From Eledone cirrhosa (taxonomy: Eukaryota): a stretch of 64,000 nt of DNA. Under the pieces are notes generated by a model, which searched no databases, was not told the origin of the DNA, and was given only the letters and a program-made list of their open reading frames with translations. Location: contig OZ024761.1 of assembly GCA_964016885.1 (NCBI GenBank), positions 22,630,001 through 22,694,000 of the forward strand. Direction: 5' to 3'. Below, piece after piece: positions 12,618-24,847 of this stretch; positions within the stretch are counted from its first letter, which is position 1; the number at the start of each line of letters is the position of its first letter. A program made the translations under genes and the position numbers.

Positions 12618-13460
12618 AGATTCAGGACCCCGACGGCTGAGCTTCGGCCACTTCAACAGCTAGATCCGAACTATATATACAAAGCTTGACCACTTCTTGC
12701 ACTTTATGTCTGTTCCTTCCTGGCATGAGATCTCAAATGGCTTTAAAGTCCTGCAAGCCTGTGAAACACCCGTCCACAAATAATACAATGATATCTCATG
12801 TCTTTCTTGTCTCCACTTTGGGTTTGTTTATTGTGTATGTTCAGATGTCGCTTCAATCCACCTGATTTGCAAATCTTCTGACAGACATGGCACTGGAACT
12901 AATTCTCTGCAACAAAATTTGAATAGTCAACCTGGACTTTACCACCACGTGCTCAATGGTGTGACTTCAAGCCAGCATTCGAAAGGCCCACCTTAGAAAA
13001 AAAAACACCTGTTGAGCACTGCAGTTGCTAAAACAAAAAAAAATATAACGAGAGTTGTGCAGTTGTTTTACACCTAGAGGAGGGAAACAGAAAACAGGTG
13101 TACAGCTGCTCATCAAGTCCCTAGCAAGGGGATAGATACAAAACAAGAAAATAAACCTTTAACCCCTTTGTTAACATATTTCTAATGAAAAGCATTGCCT
13201 ATTATTTTCAAATAACATTGAAAATAATCAACAATTTGGAGAAATTAAAAATTAATCTTCTGATTATTAATCTGGTGTTTGGAACAAAACATAACAAAGG
13301 TTCTTGCATAAAATTATGATGGAAGGTTTTTAGATAAATATAAACCCTTTAAAATATAGTTTTGTACCATAGAACAAGGGGCAATTTTAGTAGGGTTGGT
13401 TATTAAAAAGGGTTGAAGCTTTAAAATAAAATATGGAAATGAAAATATCTAAGAACTTAC

Positions 13461-13743
13461 CAACAGCATTTGATGAATTCTGTGGGTTCTGTCCGGAGGA
13501 CATGGCCTGTTGCCATGGTGGCAACTGTTGAGGGTTGGAGAACAGGCTCGGTGGTGGTGGAGGAGGTGGTGGAGGTGGTGGAACCCCAGGAGGATATTGA
13601 GAGCTCTGTGTGTGGTTGGGGGGTATGGGCACGCCCTGTGGCTGAGGTCCTGTGTTATTGGCTGGGTGTTGATTCTGGAATGATGTAACCATGTGAGGTG
13701 GCTTGTGAGGTTGTGGGGAAGATTGCCACGGAGGGTTGAGAGC
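13461..13743 (-). CDS. SF1: SF1 exon 11: proline-rich region (ALNPPWQ...PPPPPPPPPPP...LPPWQQ...NAV)
   Basis: Open frame, PPWQ motifs typical of the SF1 tail; tttttag / gtaagt; 283 nt. Confidence 0.9.
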
Positions 13744-13880
13744 CTAAAAAAGAGTCAAGGAGGAGGTGAAAGGGTCAAAAGGAAATTATAACAATACATT
13801 AAACGTTGACCCCTTTCATTACAATATTTCTCATGAAAGGCACCACAAGTGTGTTTCAGTTAGAGAGGATTTAACAATAA

Positions 13881-14072
13881 CCGTATATACCCGAATATAA
13901 GCCAAGGAATATGTAACAAAAATCCATGCTAGAAGCAGGGATCAGCTTATATTTGGGGCCAATATTTTGACAATTTTCACCAACTTCAAATTCTACAGAA
14001 ATAAGATTGGGACTTTTGCCTATTTCTCAGACATAAAACAGTGGGGGTCGGCTTATATGCCAGTATATACGG
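13881..14072. mobile_element. Tc1/mariner(pogo/Tigger)-like MITE
   Basis: TIRs CCGTATATACCCGAATATAAGCC ... GGCTTATATGCCAGTATATACGG followed by TA. Confidence 0.7.
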
Positions 14073-14482
14073 TAACTAACTTTCTTATTATTTAGCAGAT
14101 ATTTGGAATGTAACAGAACAAAAATGTTTTACATGAAATTATGATGGAAGGTTTTAACAAAAGTATGGACATTTCAAATCAAGTTAACAGCATTACTTCC
14201 ATTAATTGAATATTGCTACAGAAACAACAAAAATCTCCCAACACTCCACAGGGAGTAAAAAGAAACTAAAGACGATGTTATATATTAGGTAGTGGATTGG
14301 CAGAATCGCCCCACTTCTCACCTAGACACCCTACAATCTACCTATACAATGTCAAAGGTATCAATGAAAGGGTAGGACCCATATTGTCCCTACTTGACTC
14401 AATCTCTACAAACAACAAATTCTCCCAAACAATATCAAACCAATAAAATCTGTAAAAACAAACCCCATAAAACAATACATAC

Positions 14483-14623
14483 CATTGGATTTGGAGGAGG
14501 TTGTGAATGAAACGGTGGTCGACTGAATGATTGTATATTGCCCTGTTGTATGTTGGATTGTTGTGGCGGGGTTTTCTGGGGTGGTGGAGGACCTTCTCCT
14601 AGTTCTGCCATCAATGACATATA
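14483..14623 (-). CDS. SF1: SF1 exon 10 (YMSLMAELGEGPPPPQK...PPPNPM)
   Basis: YxSLMAELGE motif conserved in SF1; ttgcag / gtatgt; 141 nt. Confidence 0.94.
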
Positions 14624-14821
14624 CTGCAAATAAGAAAGACAGGTTAGACATGAGGGGCCTTCAAATAATAGACAGGGTACTGACAGACATTAGAGGGCCT
14701 CAAATAGTAGACAGGGTACTGACAGACATTAGAGGGCCTCAAATAGTAGACAGGGTAGTGACAGACATGAAAAGAACCAACTGAAACATAGAGAACAAAT
14801 ATGAACAGAAAATATAATTAC

Positions 14822-14885
14822 CTCACTGTCCATCTTAGCTCTGTCTGCCTGGCTTCCTTGCTGGATTCTGATTGGTTCCCCAGGT
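14822..14885 (-). CDS. SF1: SF1 exon 9 (RPGEPIRIQQGSQADRAKMDSE)
   Basis: Matches human RPGDP..DKARMDKE; ttcag / gtaatt; 64 nt. Confidence 0.94.
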
Positions 14886-15414
14886 CTGAAAGAGAAAATA
14901 CATGTTAAACTATAATACCACATAACTTGGACAATATCATTAGCCCTTGCATTACTCTCGACAGTCGATCGACTTTTGTCAAATCGGACCGAGGAAACAA
15001 TGTTTCCATTGGTCTTTCCGATTACTAATACTATCTATCGGTCGCAACTCCAGGTAGAAGGAGCAACGTGAAATAAAGTGTCTTGCTCAAGGACATAACG
15101 CATCACCCAGTCCAGGAATCGAACTCACAACCTCACGATTGTGAATCTAATTATCTAACCACTCAGTCACATACCTTCACTCCATTACTATATTTTTCAA
15201 ATAATTTGAAAAATAATCAAGAATTTGGAGGGATTTAGCTGGGTTGGAAACCAGTGAAGTAGATTTGTAATAGAAAATACCATAATGAAAGGAAGAAATG
15301 AAATGGTGACACTGCCTGGGTTTGGGTGGCACTGCCTGGGTTTGTGGCTGATAAAGAGTCTTCAAAATATGTGCGTGCGCACACAAACGCACTAACAAAC
15401 AAAGCAAAAATTAC

Positions 15415-15519
15415 CTTTTCTGTTTACAGTCCTGAGCTAAATGTCCAGTCCCAGCACATATTGAACATATAATAGTGTTGGTGATAATGGTCTGAGCTTG
15501 CTGCAACTGTTTCAGTTTA
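15415..15519 (-). CDS. SF1: SF1 exon 8: CCHC zinc knuckle (KLKQLQQAQTIITNTIICSICAGTGHLAQDCKQK)
   Basis: Cx2Cx4Hx4C; ttttcag / gtaatt; 105 nt; phase-compatible with exons 7 and 9. Confidence 0.95.
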
Positions 15520-16450
15520 CTGAAAAAGAATAAAACAGATTTTAATATATTTTGTTTTTTAAATTAAAAACTTAAGTGACAGTTATAGTTTCATCCCTAC
15601 ATCATGACATCTTAGACAAGTGTCTTCTCCCATAGCCTCACGTTTTGAGCTAATCAATACTTTCAGTGAAATTTGGTAGACAGAAGCAGAGCAGAAACCT
15701 ATCATATGTGTATGACTGTGTGTCTGTACACAATGTTTCAGGATGACTAAAGCCTCGAGTGTAATTTAGTAGATAGAAGCAGTGCAAAAACCCCTTGTGT
15801 GTGTGTGCGTGAGTGTCTGAGAGAGAGATTGTATGTGTGTGTGTCCATGTCTGTGCCTGAGAGAGATAGTTTGTGAGTGTCTGAGAGAGAGAGATTGTAT
15901 GTGTGTGTGTGTCCATGTCCGTGTCTGAGAGAGAGATTGTATGTGTGTGTGTCCATGTCTGTGTCTGAGAGAGATAGTTTGTGAGTGTCTGAGAGAGAGA
16001 GATTGTATGTGTGTGTGTCCATGTCTGTGTCTAAGAGAGATAGTGTGTGAGTGTCTGAGAGAGAGATTGTATGTGTGTGTGTGTCCATGTCCGTGTCTGA
16101 GAGAGTGTATGTGTGTGTGTGACAAATGTGTGTGTGTGTCCATGTCCGTGTCTGAGAGAGTGTATGTGTGTGTGTGACAAATGTGTATCTACGACTCAGT
16201 TTAATACTAAGCCCACAGTGAAGTGACTGAAACCAGTTAAAAAAATAAAAGAATTTCAACATGAAAGTGGAGGTGAAACCACTCAACATATTTCTAAACA
16301 GACAAAGAAAGAATTCTGATCCAGTTTAAACATTAACCTTTTCACTACTGTGTTTCTCATGAGATACAGCATCATCATCATCATCATTTAAGTGTGCTGT
16401 TTAGGAGAGAAGCCTCTCTAAGTTGAAAAAGATGTCAAAGGTTTACTCAC

Positions 16451-16569
16451 GCTAGGCCATCATTCTCCCGAAGTGTGCCGTTTAAGAGGGCAAGCTCTCT
16501 AAGTTGCTGTCGTCTTAAATCATTCTGTCCCTCCGGAACTTCAATTCCTTGGCGGATTATTTCTTTGAT
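16451..16569 (-). CDS. SF1: SF1 exon 7: QUA2 helix (IKEIIRQGIEVPEGQNDLRRQQLRELALLNGTLRENDGL)
   Basis: QLRELAxLNGTLR motif; ttccag / gtgagt; 119 nt. Confidence 0.97.
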
Positions 16570-16941
16570 CTGGAAATTATTGGAAAATAAACAAAAAATT
16601 AAAAGAAAAAAAAGCACTCAACAAAGCCTCAACCCCCAGTCCACACTGTAGAGTGGTCATCTTGGTGACACAACAAAACCCCCAGTCCACACTGTAGAGT
16701 GGTCATCTTGGTGACACAACAAAACCCCCAGACCACACTGTGGAGTGGTCATCTTGGTGACATAACAAAACCCCCAGTCCACACTGGAAAGTAGTCGTCT
16801 TGGTAACCAGATTTGTTTGAGAAAGTAGGGGACAGAAGTGGTTTGAGAGAGAATGGGAGAAGAAAGAGAGAGGGAGGCAGTAAGTAACATGAGGTGAAAA
16901 TGAGAGAGGCCTAAGAAAAAAAGTGAAAAAAAACCCTTTAC

Positions 16942-17094
16942 CTTTTCAACAGCCTTTTTAACATTTTCAGGATTATTTGCAGTGACATAGGCATGTAGTG
17001 GTTCATCCTCTCCCGGTAATGGTTGGCCATCTTTACGACCAATTTTACCTTCCTTCACAGAACCTTTACCACGTATAATTATTTTGGCACCAGT
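16942..17094 (-). CDS. SF1: SF1 exon 6: KH domain C-part ([51 protein letters not shown])
   Basis: [10 protein letters not shown] and GEDEPLHA are SF1-diagnostic; ttgtag / gtaaag; 153 nt. Confidence 0.97.
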
Positions 17095-17783
17095 CTACAA
17101 AAAACAACAGAATATTCCTGTGATAAGCATTACAGCTCCATTTAAATATTTATTACATATATCTAATGGTGGAGAGGATGCTCCAGTTGTCTCAAGGACA
17201 TGACACACACTCTCTAGTGTTGCTAACACGATAATAAGCACCCAGAACACTCTGTAATGGCATTTGTGTTAGGAAGGGCAGCCTCCTGTAGAAAACTTGC
17301 CAAAGGGTCAAGAGAATTCCTCAGTTGGCTCAAAGACTTGAAAACATCTCTTGTACTGATGCTAAGATAAAACACCCTCAGTAGACTCTGAAAATGGCTG
17401 AAAGTATGTAAGCAAGTCATAAGACCATGGTCATTCTAAGCAAGTCATATCACCACAGTCATTCTAAGCAAGTCATATCACCACGGTCTTTCTAAGCAAG
17501 TCATATCACCACGGTCTTTCTAAGTCAGTCATACGTCCACAATGGTCCATCTAAGCAAGTCATACCACCATGGTCCATCTGAGCAAGTCATAACCCATGG
17601 TCCTTCTGAGTGGTCAGTGTCTCCAGTTTGTAAAATAGTAGTGCTAGTGCCTTGAAAAAGTTCCTTATACACTATAAAGTGGTTGACATTAGGAAGGGCA
17701 TCCAGCTATAGAAAACCAAGCCCCCACCTCCCAAACAAACATTGTATGAGCAAGTCGTGGTTACCTGACATATCTTGCTTTAA

Positions 17784-18397
17784 CCCTTTACCATTTACAT
17801 TACTCTATATAAACTATTATATTTTCACAGTAAACACTTTACCTCACATAATATCTCACAACATTTACATTACTCTATATTTACTATTGTATTTTCACAG
17901 TAAAGGCTTTACCTCACATAACATTTACATTACTCTATATACTCGTATACTATTGTATTTTCACAGTAAAGGCTTTATACCTCACATAATATCTCACATA
18001 TCATTTACATTACTCTATATAAACTATTGTATTTTCACAGTAAAGGCTTTATACCTCACATAATATCTCACATATCATTTACATTACTCTATATAAACTA
18101 TTGTATTTTCACAGTAAAGGCTTTACCTCACATAATATCTCACATAACATTTAGATTACTCTATATATACTATTGTATTTTCACAGTAAAGGCTTTACCT
18201 CACATAATATCTCACATTACTATTATATTTTCACAGTAAAGGCTTTACCTCACATAATATCAGACTTATGAGATGTTGATATTATTTATTTTGAGAAGAA
18301 TAACTTAACATAAATATGAGTGGCTGGTTACAGCCAGTTTGAACAGAAAGAGATGAGAGAATTCTGGCCGGATACAGTTGGTTTAAATGCTAAAGGG
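17784..18397 (+). mobile_element. piggyBac-like MITE family A, copy 1 (internally tandem-expanded)
   Basis: TTAA|CCCTTTA(G/C)CATTTA ... TAAATGCTAAAGGG|TTAA. Confidence 0.8.
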
Positions 18398-18473
18398 TTA
18401 AAACATGACGACAGCCTGTCTAAACATGAAAAATAGATGTTCTGATGATGATGATTCAGCGAGTGAAACTTAC

Positions 18474-18594
18474 CTCTTTTTCAAGATTTTTCAAAGTATT
18501 TCCACGAGGACCAATTAACAAACCAACAAAATTGATATCAGGATGTAATTCTTGTGGTATCATTACTTTATCACTGACTCGGACAATTGGTGGC
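18474..18594 (-). CDS. SF1: SF1 exon 5: KH domain N-part (PPIVRVSDKVMIPQELHPDINFVGLLIGPRGNTLKNLEKE)
   Basis: STAR-type KH GPRG loop; gccag acceptor with AACTAAC branch motif about 40 nt upstream; gtaagt donor; 121 nt. Confidence 0.97.
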
Positions 18595-18999
18595 CTGGCA
18601 ATGAGGGAAGAGACAGACCATTAATTAACACAGTTGTTAGTTAACAGGTAATTAATTAGCAAATAATAGTTTTATTTAGAGGAGTTGATTTAAGTTGGAA
18701 ATACTGCTGTGTGTAAAGGTAAATGGTGCACAAATACAATGTTACGACATAAGATACTTTAATGACATAAGTGTTTTAATGATAAGGGCTTCACTCCCAC
18801 CATGAAAAGCTATGTGAAATGAAGCTCCTTGCTTGAGAACATAATACATGGGCCCATCCAGGAATTAATTAGAACCTAAAACTTTATAATTCTGAGTCCA
18901 GCATCCCAAACATGTATAATAAGGAAAAACAATTTAGTTTTCCTTATAAGCACCCAGTCCACACCCTACAAGATAGTGGTGTTGGTGCCACAATAAAAA

Positions 19000-19630
19000 T
19001 ATCCAGTCCACCCTGTAAGGTGGTAATGCTGGTGTCATGGTAAAAAACACCCTTTTCACCCTGTAAGGTGGTAATGCTGGTATCATGGTAAAAAAACACC
19101 CTGTAAGGTGGTAATGCTGGTGTCATGGTAAAAAACACCCTTTTCACCCTGTAAGGTGGTAATGCTGGTATCATGGTAAAAAAACACCCTGTAAGGTGGT
19201 AATGCTGGTGTCATGGTAAAAAACACCCTTTTCACCCTGTAAGGTGGTAATGCTGGTATCATGGTAAAAAAACACCCTGTAAGGTGGTAATGCTGGTGTC
19301 ATGGTAAAAAACACCCTGTTCACCCTGTAAGGTGGTAATGCTGGTGTCATGGTAAAAAACACCCTGTTCACAAGGTGGCAATGCTGGTATCATGGTAAAA
19401 AAACACCCTGTTCCCCCTGTAAGGTGGTAGTGCTGGTGTCATGGTAAAAAACACCCTGTAAGCTGTTAGGTGGTAATGCTGGCATCATGGTAAAAACCAC
19501 CCTGTTCACCCTGTAAGGTGGTAGTGCTGGTATCATAAAATACACCCAGCCCACTCTGTAAAGTGGCAGGGCTGGTGCCATGAAACAAGCACCCAGTCCT
19601 CTCTGTAAGGTAGTAGTGCTGGTGCCATGA
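19000..19630. repeat. SINE-derived 40-49 nt minisatellite (CACCCTGTAAGGTGGTAATGCTGGTGTCATGGTAAAAAA)
   Basis: Tandem units running into the remaining SINE body and GAT tail. Confidence 0.85.
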
Positions 19631-19819
19631 TAGAAAGCTCTTAGTTTCCATCTGTAAAGTGGCTGGTATTAGGTAAGTCATCCAGCTGTAGACACCATGC
19701 CAACGTATGAGCTAGCCATGGTCACCTGACTAGTCTAACCACAAAACATACAGCAAGCATGGAAAATAGATGTTAAATGATGGTGATGATGATGATGATG
19801 ATAGGTGGAGATTATTTAC

Positions 19820-19972
19820 TTGTAATCTGCTGGGGGCTTATAATCAGCATTCAGCTCAAATGCCTGCTGGATCAAGCGATGTCGGTCTTCCTCCAGTTTT
19901 TTCCTGGTCCGGTAATCTCGTGTGTTCAGCCGTTTGCCTTCATGGTTGTAGATTGGTTCAGGGGAAGGTGAT
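19820..19972 (-). CDS. SF1: SF1 exon 4: SPSP motif and helix (RSPSPEPIYNHEGKRLNTRDYRTRKKLEEDRH...KPPADYK)
   Basis: Diagnostic RSPSPEPIY; ctcag acceptor, gtaaat donor; 153 nt, phase 2-2. Confidence 0.97.
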
Positions 19973-20340
19973 CTGAGAAGTAAAAAGACACCAATCAGCA
20001 CAGATTTAGGGATGGAGAGGACGGTACGAGGTCCCAAAACAAATAGAAAATAGGGAGGAAGGAAGGAAGGAGGAGGAAATGATTAAAAAGAACCCTAAAC
20101 AATTAAAAGAGGTGTCAAGACAATAATGGAGGTTAAAAAAGCTAATAAACAAGGGAATTAAATCTACAGTGAATTAATAATAATAATACTCTAACATTGG
20201 TACAAGGCCAGCAATGTGGAGGGAGGGGAAAGTCAATTATATCAACCCTATTATTTAACTGGTACTTTATTTTATCAACTCCAGGTGGAATTTAAACTCA
20301 GTACATAAAATACCATAACTAAGTTCTAAATAATAATTGT

Positions 20341-21160
20341 TTCTACTTTAGGCACAAGGCCAGCAATCACCCAGTGCATTACTGGTACTTTATTTTATCG
20401 ACCTCGTAAGGATGAAAGGCTAAGTCAACCTCGGCGGAATTTGAACTAAGTTCTAAATAATAATAATAATAATTATTATTTCTAGTTTTGGCACAAGGCC
20501 AGCAATTACCCCAGTGCATTACTGGTACTTTATTTTATCGACCTCGTAAGGATGAAAGGCTAAGTCAACCTCGGCGGAATTTGAACTAAGTTCTAAATAA
20601 TAATAATAATAATTATTATTTCTAGTTTTGGCACAAGGCCAGCAATTACCCCAGTGCATTACTGGTACTTTATTTTATCGACCTCGTAAGGATGAAAGGC
20701 TAAGTCAACCTCGGCGGAATTTGAACTAAGTTCTAAATAATAATAATAATAATTATTATTTCTAGTTTTGGCACAAGGCCAGCAATTACTCCAGTGCATT
20801 ACTGGTACTTTATTTTATCGACCCCGTAAGGATAAAAGGCAAAGTTGACCTCGGCGGGATTTGAACTCAGAATAGAAAGGGCCGTAACTCTATGCCACAA
20901 AGCATGGCGTCCGACCCTCTACCGATACTGTCAATCCATATAATAATTTTTTCTACTTTTTTGGCACAAGGCCAGCAATTCAATTATATCAACCCCAATA
21001 TGTTACTGGTACTTTATTTTATTGACCCTGAAAGAATGAAAGGCAAAGTTAACCTCGGTGGGATTTGAACTCAGAACATAAAGGGCCATAACTATGCTGC
21101 AAAGCAGGATGTCCAGCGCTCTACCAATTACTGCCAATCCACCACCCTTCTAATAATAAT
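20341..21160 (-). mobile_element. Tandem array of partial tRNA-SINEs (140-nt unit x4 plus longer copies); same family near 34310, 49620, 51520, 53210, 56700-57020 and 57325-57865
   Basis: Reverse complement has B-box GTTCAAAT(T/C)CC followed by GCCTTTCATCCTTACGGGGTCGATAAAATAAAGTACCAG. Confidence 0.8.
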
Positions 21161-21518
21161 AATAATAATAATAATTGTTTCTACTTTAGGCACAAGGCCA
21201 GCAATTACTTCAGTGTATTAATAATAATAATTATTATTTTTTCTTTATTATAATAAAATTTAGTTTCTAATTTAGGCAGAAGACCAGCAACTTCTTTTAG
21301 TCAGGAGGGGAAGTCAGTTACATTGACCCCAGGACTTCACTAGTACTTTATTTTATTGACTTTGGAAGGATGAAAAGCAATGTTAACCCTGGCGAGATTT
21401 AAACTCAGAACATAAAGAACAGGAACAATCCCGGCTAGGCTTTTGTTCAACGCTCTAACTGTACCAATACACCACCCTTAATAATAGTAAATCTTAAATT
21501 TACACTACAACAAAAATT

Positions 21519-21584
<66 letters not shown>

Positions 21585-21613
21585 AATAAATCAAATAAAT
21601 GTAAGCAATTTAA

Positions 21614-21810
21614 CTCTTAACGTCCTGTACCACATGAAGCCGCATTAGAAAGATTTTCTTGAAAAATACAAAACAGCACTAAGACTGTATTACAGTAAAC
21701 AATTCTTTACCGTAATATTGCTATGTATTAAACCATGCATCTGTCCACTAGTAAAGACACTATAAACATTTGAAACTATTTTCTATCTAATCATTACAGG
21801 ATGTTAAGAG
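21614..21810. mobile_element. TTAA-flanked MITE family B (second copy 33085-33300)
   Basis: TTAA|CTCTTAACGTCCTGTA ... TACAGGATGTTAAGAG|TTAA. Confidence 0.75.
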
Positions 21811-22984
21811 TTAAGCAGATTAATTTTTAAAAAAAAGGAAAGAAAAATTATTAAAAATATTGACTGATCAAATTATAGATTAGTTTTCCTATAAACCTAG
21901 GCAGGATTTCTGTGAACCTATGTGTTAGTTTGCAGAGTACTTGACTAATCCCCACCCTTGGATGGGACACTAGTCCAGTGTAAGGTTAACCCCAGCTGCT
22001 TCTGGTAGTGATTTTCAACAGTGTAAACTGGAACAATGTGAAATTACAAGCCTTGTTTGGAAATTAAAATTGAAAAGACAAAAAAAATGTTATAGTTCAC
22101 ACTTAAGCAGGTTGAGCTGGCCCCCTATGAGGTTTGTATCTCATAGGAGGTTTCTTGGGTGTTTTAATGATAGGGGCCTCAGCCCTACCACGGAAAAAAA
22201 ATATGAAATGAAGCATCTTGCAGAAGAACACACTATCCAGCCCAGGAATCGAACCCAGCATCTTATGATTGTGAGTCAAACACACTAACCACTAAGCTAC
22301 AGCCCTTCACAAAGTTGTGTTTTAAAGGGTTTGTGTTAGAAGGTGCGGGTGGAAGGAAGGAAGGAAGGAAGGAAGGAAGGTGGTTAAGAGAAAATGAACA
22401 AAATTTTATTTTAAAATATGAAATTCATAATAAAGTTCATATATATATAACTAAGTGAGAAACAACTGAACTAAATATGAAGTTATTGCCAAAACACACA
22501 CACATGTACACCAAACACACATTTCTCATTAATAACTTGGCTCTATTTACTGACTAACAAAGGAAATACAAATCCTTTTTCTGTATTCTTAATTAGCTAT
22601 ATTTCGACTTTTTGCTATGTTAGTATGTATGAGTATTTCTTTTGAATAAATATTTTCAAATTTAGGTACAAAACTGAGGTCAAATATATTTCCTCACTTC
22701 TATTTGATTATTGGAGCTACATGACAATTGGATTAATTGGAGACAGTTGCTGCTATCATGTCAGAGATACTACAAAAAAAGCACTCTGAATGCATCACAT
22801 TAAAAATAGAAATCTTTAATACTGCAAATTTTCACAATGATCTGTCCACAAGTAAAAATACTATAAACATGACTTATTAATAAACCCGTTTTAGATATTT
22901 TCTAAATTATTACAGGATGTTAAAAGATAATAGTTCAAATTTTTACAATCTGTTTACTAGTAAAGATAGAAACCTTTAAATTAA

Positions 22985-23189
22985 CCCATTAGCATTTACA
23001 TTACTTTATATATACTATTGTATTTTTGTGGTAAAGGCTTTACCTTAGATAATATCGAATCTACGAAATTTTGATATTTATTTTGAGAACAATACCTTAA
23101 CATTGGTACGAGCAGCTGATTACAGCTGATTTCAACAGAAAGGGGTGAGAGAATTCTAGCCAGATACAGCCAGTTTAAATGCTATAGGG
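22985..23189 (+). mobile_element. piggyBac-like MITE family A, copy 2
   Basis: TTAA target duplication, same TIR and body as copy 1. Confidence 0.8.
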
Positions 23190-23747
23190 TTAAACCTGTT
23201 TTTAGACATTTTCTGCTAAACCATTACATGATGTTAAGAGTTAAATTTGTCTACAGGTAAAGATTCAATAGTTGAATGGGACCAGTTTTTAGACATTATC
23301 TGCTAAACCATTACATGATGTTAAGAGTTAAATGGTAGAAGAAAACAGAAAACTGTTGGTTCCTAGAAGAATATGACTTAACTTTACAAGAATGTTAATA
23401 ATCAACTAAAATATTTAGTTAATTTACTGAAAAATAAATAATTAAGATCACAAATTAAGAATGTTTTCTAGATAAGTAGGCACACCTTTTATTTTAATTG
23501 CCCATCTGAAGTTATTGTGACTGGAAATTTAATCATAGAAATTTACTACACCTAATTAAATACTTTTAATTAAAATATTTTCAACATTCTCCATCTTAAA
23601 AACAACACTTGTTAAATATAGCTACAGCAAAGGTGGAAAAATAATTATTTAAGATGATGATTATGATGATGTGGATGGTGACTAAAGCAGCAGATATTTA
23701 AAATGTTGATAGTCATCTGAGCTAGAATAACTTATTGACCAACCACG

Positions 23748-24170
23748 AAAGCTAAGCAAGGTCAGCTCACTGAGCAATGACCAGCCACTAAAGCTAAGCA
23801 AGGTCAGCTCACTGAGCAATGACCAGCCACTAAAGCTAAGCAAGGTCAGCTCACTGAGCAATGACCAGCCACTAAAGCTAAGCAAGGTCAGCTCACTGAG
23901 CAATGACCAGCCACTAAAGCTAAGCAAGGTCAGCTCACTGAGCAATGACCAGCCACTAAAGCTAAGCAAGGTCAACTCACTGAGCAATGACCAGCCACTA
24001 AAGCTAAGCAAGGTCAGCTCACTGAGCAATGACCAGCCACTAAAGCTAAGCAAGGTCAGCTCACTGAGCAATGACCAGCCACTAAAGCTAAGCAAGGTCA
24101 GCTCACTGAGCAATGACCAGCCACTAAAGCTAAGCAAGGTCAGCTCACTGAGCAATGACCAGCCACTAAA
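23748..24170. repeat. 42-nt minisatellite, about 10 copies (AAAGCTAAGCAAGGTCAGCTCACTGAGCAATGACCAGCCACT)
   Basis: Explains the 14-aa periodic ORF 23682-24194; internal GGTCA-GCTCA/TGAGC-TGACC dyad. Confidence 0.95.
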
Positions 24171-24240
24171 GCCACCTAACTGAATAAGAACCATCTAGTG
24201 TGGTCAGCTCAACAAAAACCAATCACTAAAGCTATCTGAG

Positions 24241-24672
24241 GACCACCCATTGAGGTCATCTAAGCCAGGACCACCCATTGAGGTCATCTAAGCCAGGACC
24301 ACCCATTGAGGTCATCTAAGCCAGGACCACCCATTGAGGTCATCTAAGCCAGGACCACCCATTGAGGTCATCTAAGCCAGGACCACCCATTGAGGTCATC
24401 TAAGCCAGGGCCACCCATTGAGGTCATCTAAGCCAGGGCCACCCATTGAGGTCATCTGAGCCAGGACCACCCATTGAGGTCATCTAAGCCAGGACCACCC
24501 ATTGAGGTCATCTAAGCCAGGACCACCCATTGAGGTCATCTAAGCCAGGACCACCCATTGAGGTCATCTAAGCCAGGGCCACCCATTGAGGTCATCTAAG
24601 CCAGGACCACCCATTGAGGTCATCTGAGCCAGGGCCACCCATTGAGGTCATCTAAGCCAGGACCACACATTG
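24241..24672. repeat. 28-nt minisatellite, about 15 copies (GCCAGGACCACCCATTGAGGTCATCTAA)
   Basis: Direct inspection. Confidence 0.95.
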
Positions 24673-24678
24673 AGTTAA

Positions 24679-24847
24679 CCCTTTAGTAGTAAACACGTTA
24701 CCTCACATAATATTGAATCTATGAAATGTTTATATCATCTATTTTGAGAATACCATAATACCAGTATGAGTGGCCAGTTATAGCCAGTTTGAACAGAAAG
24801 AGGTGAGAGAGTTCTGGCCAGATGTATCCGGTTTAAATGCTAAAGGG
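24679..24847 (+). mobile_element. piggyBac-like MITE family A, copy 3 (internally deleted)
   Basis: TTAA|CCCTTTAG ... TGCTAAAGGG|TTAA. Confidence 0.75.

Noticed and set aside
22619-22625. Perfect TACTAAC in intron 3 in transcript sense, plus a few scattered ACTAAC
   Set aside because: A handful of such motifs is expected by chance in 14 kb of AT-rich DNA, and no good acceptor follows.
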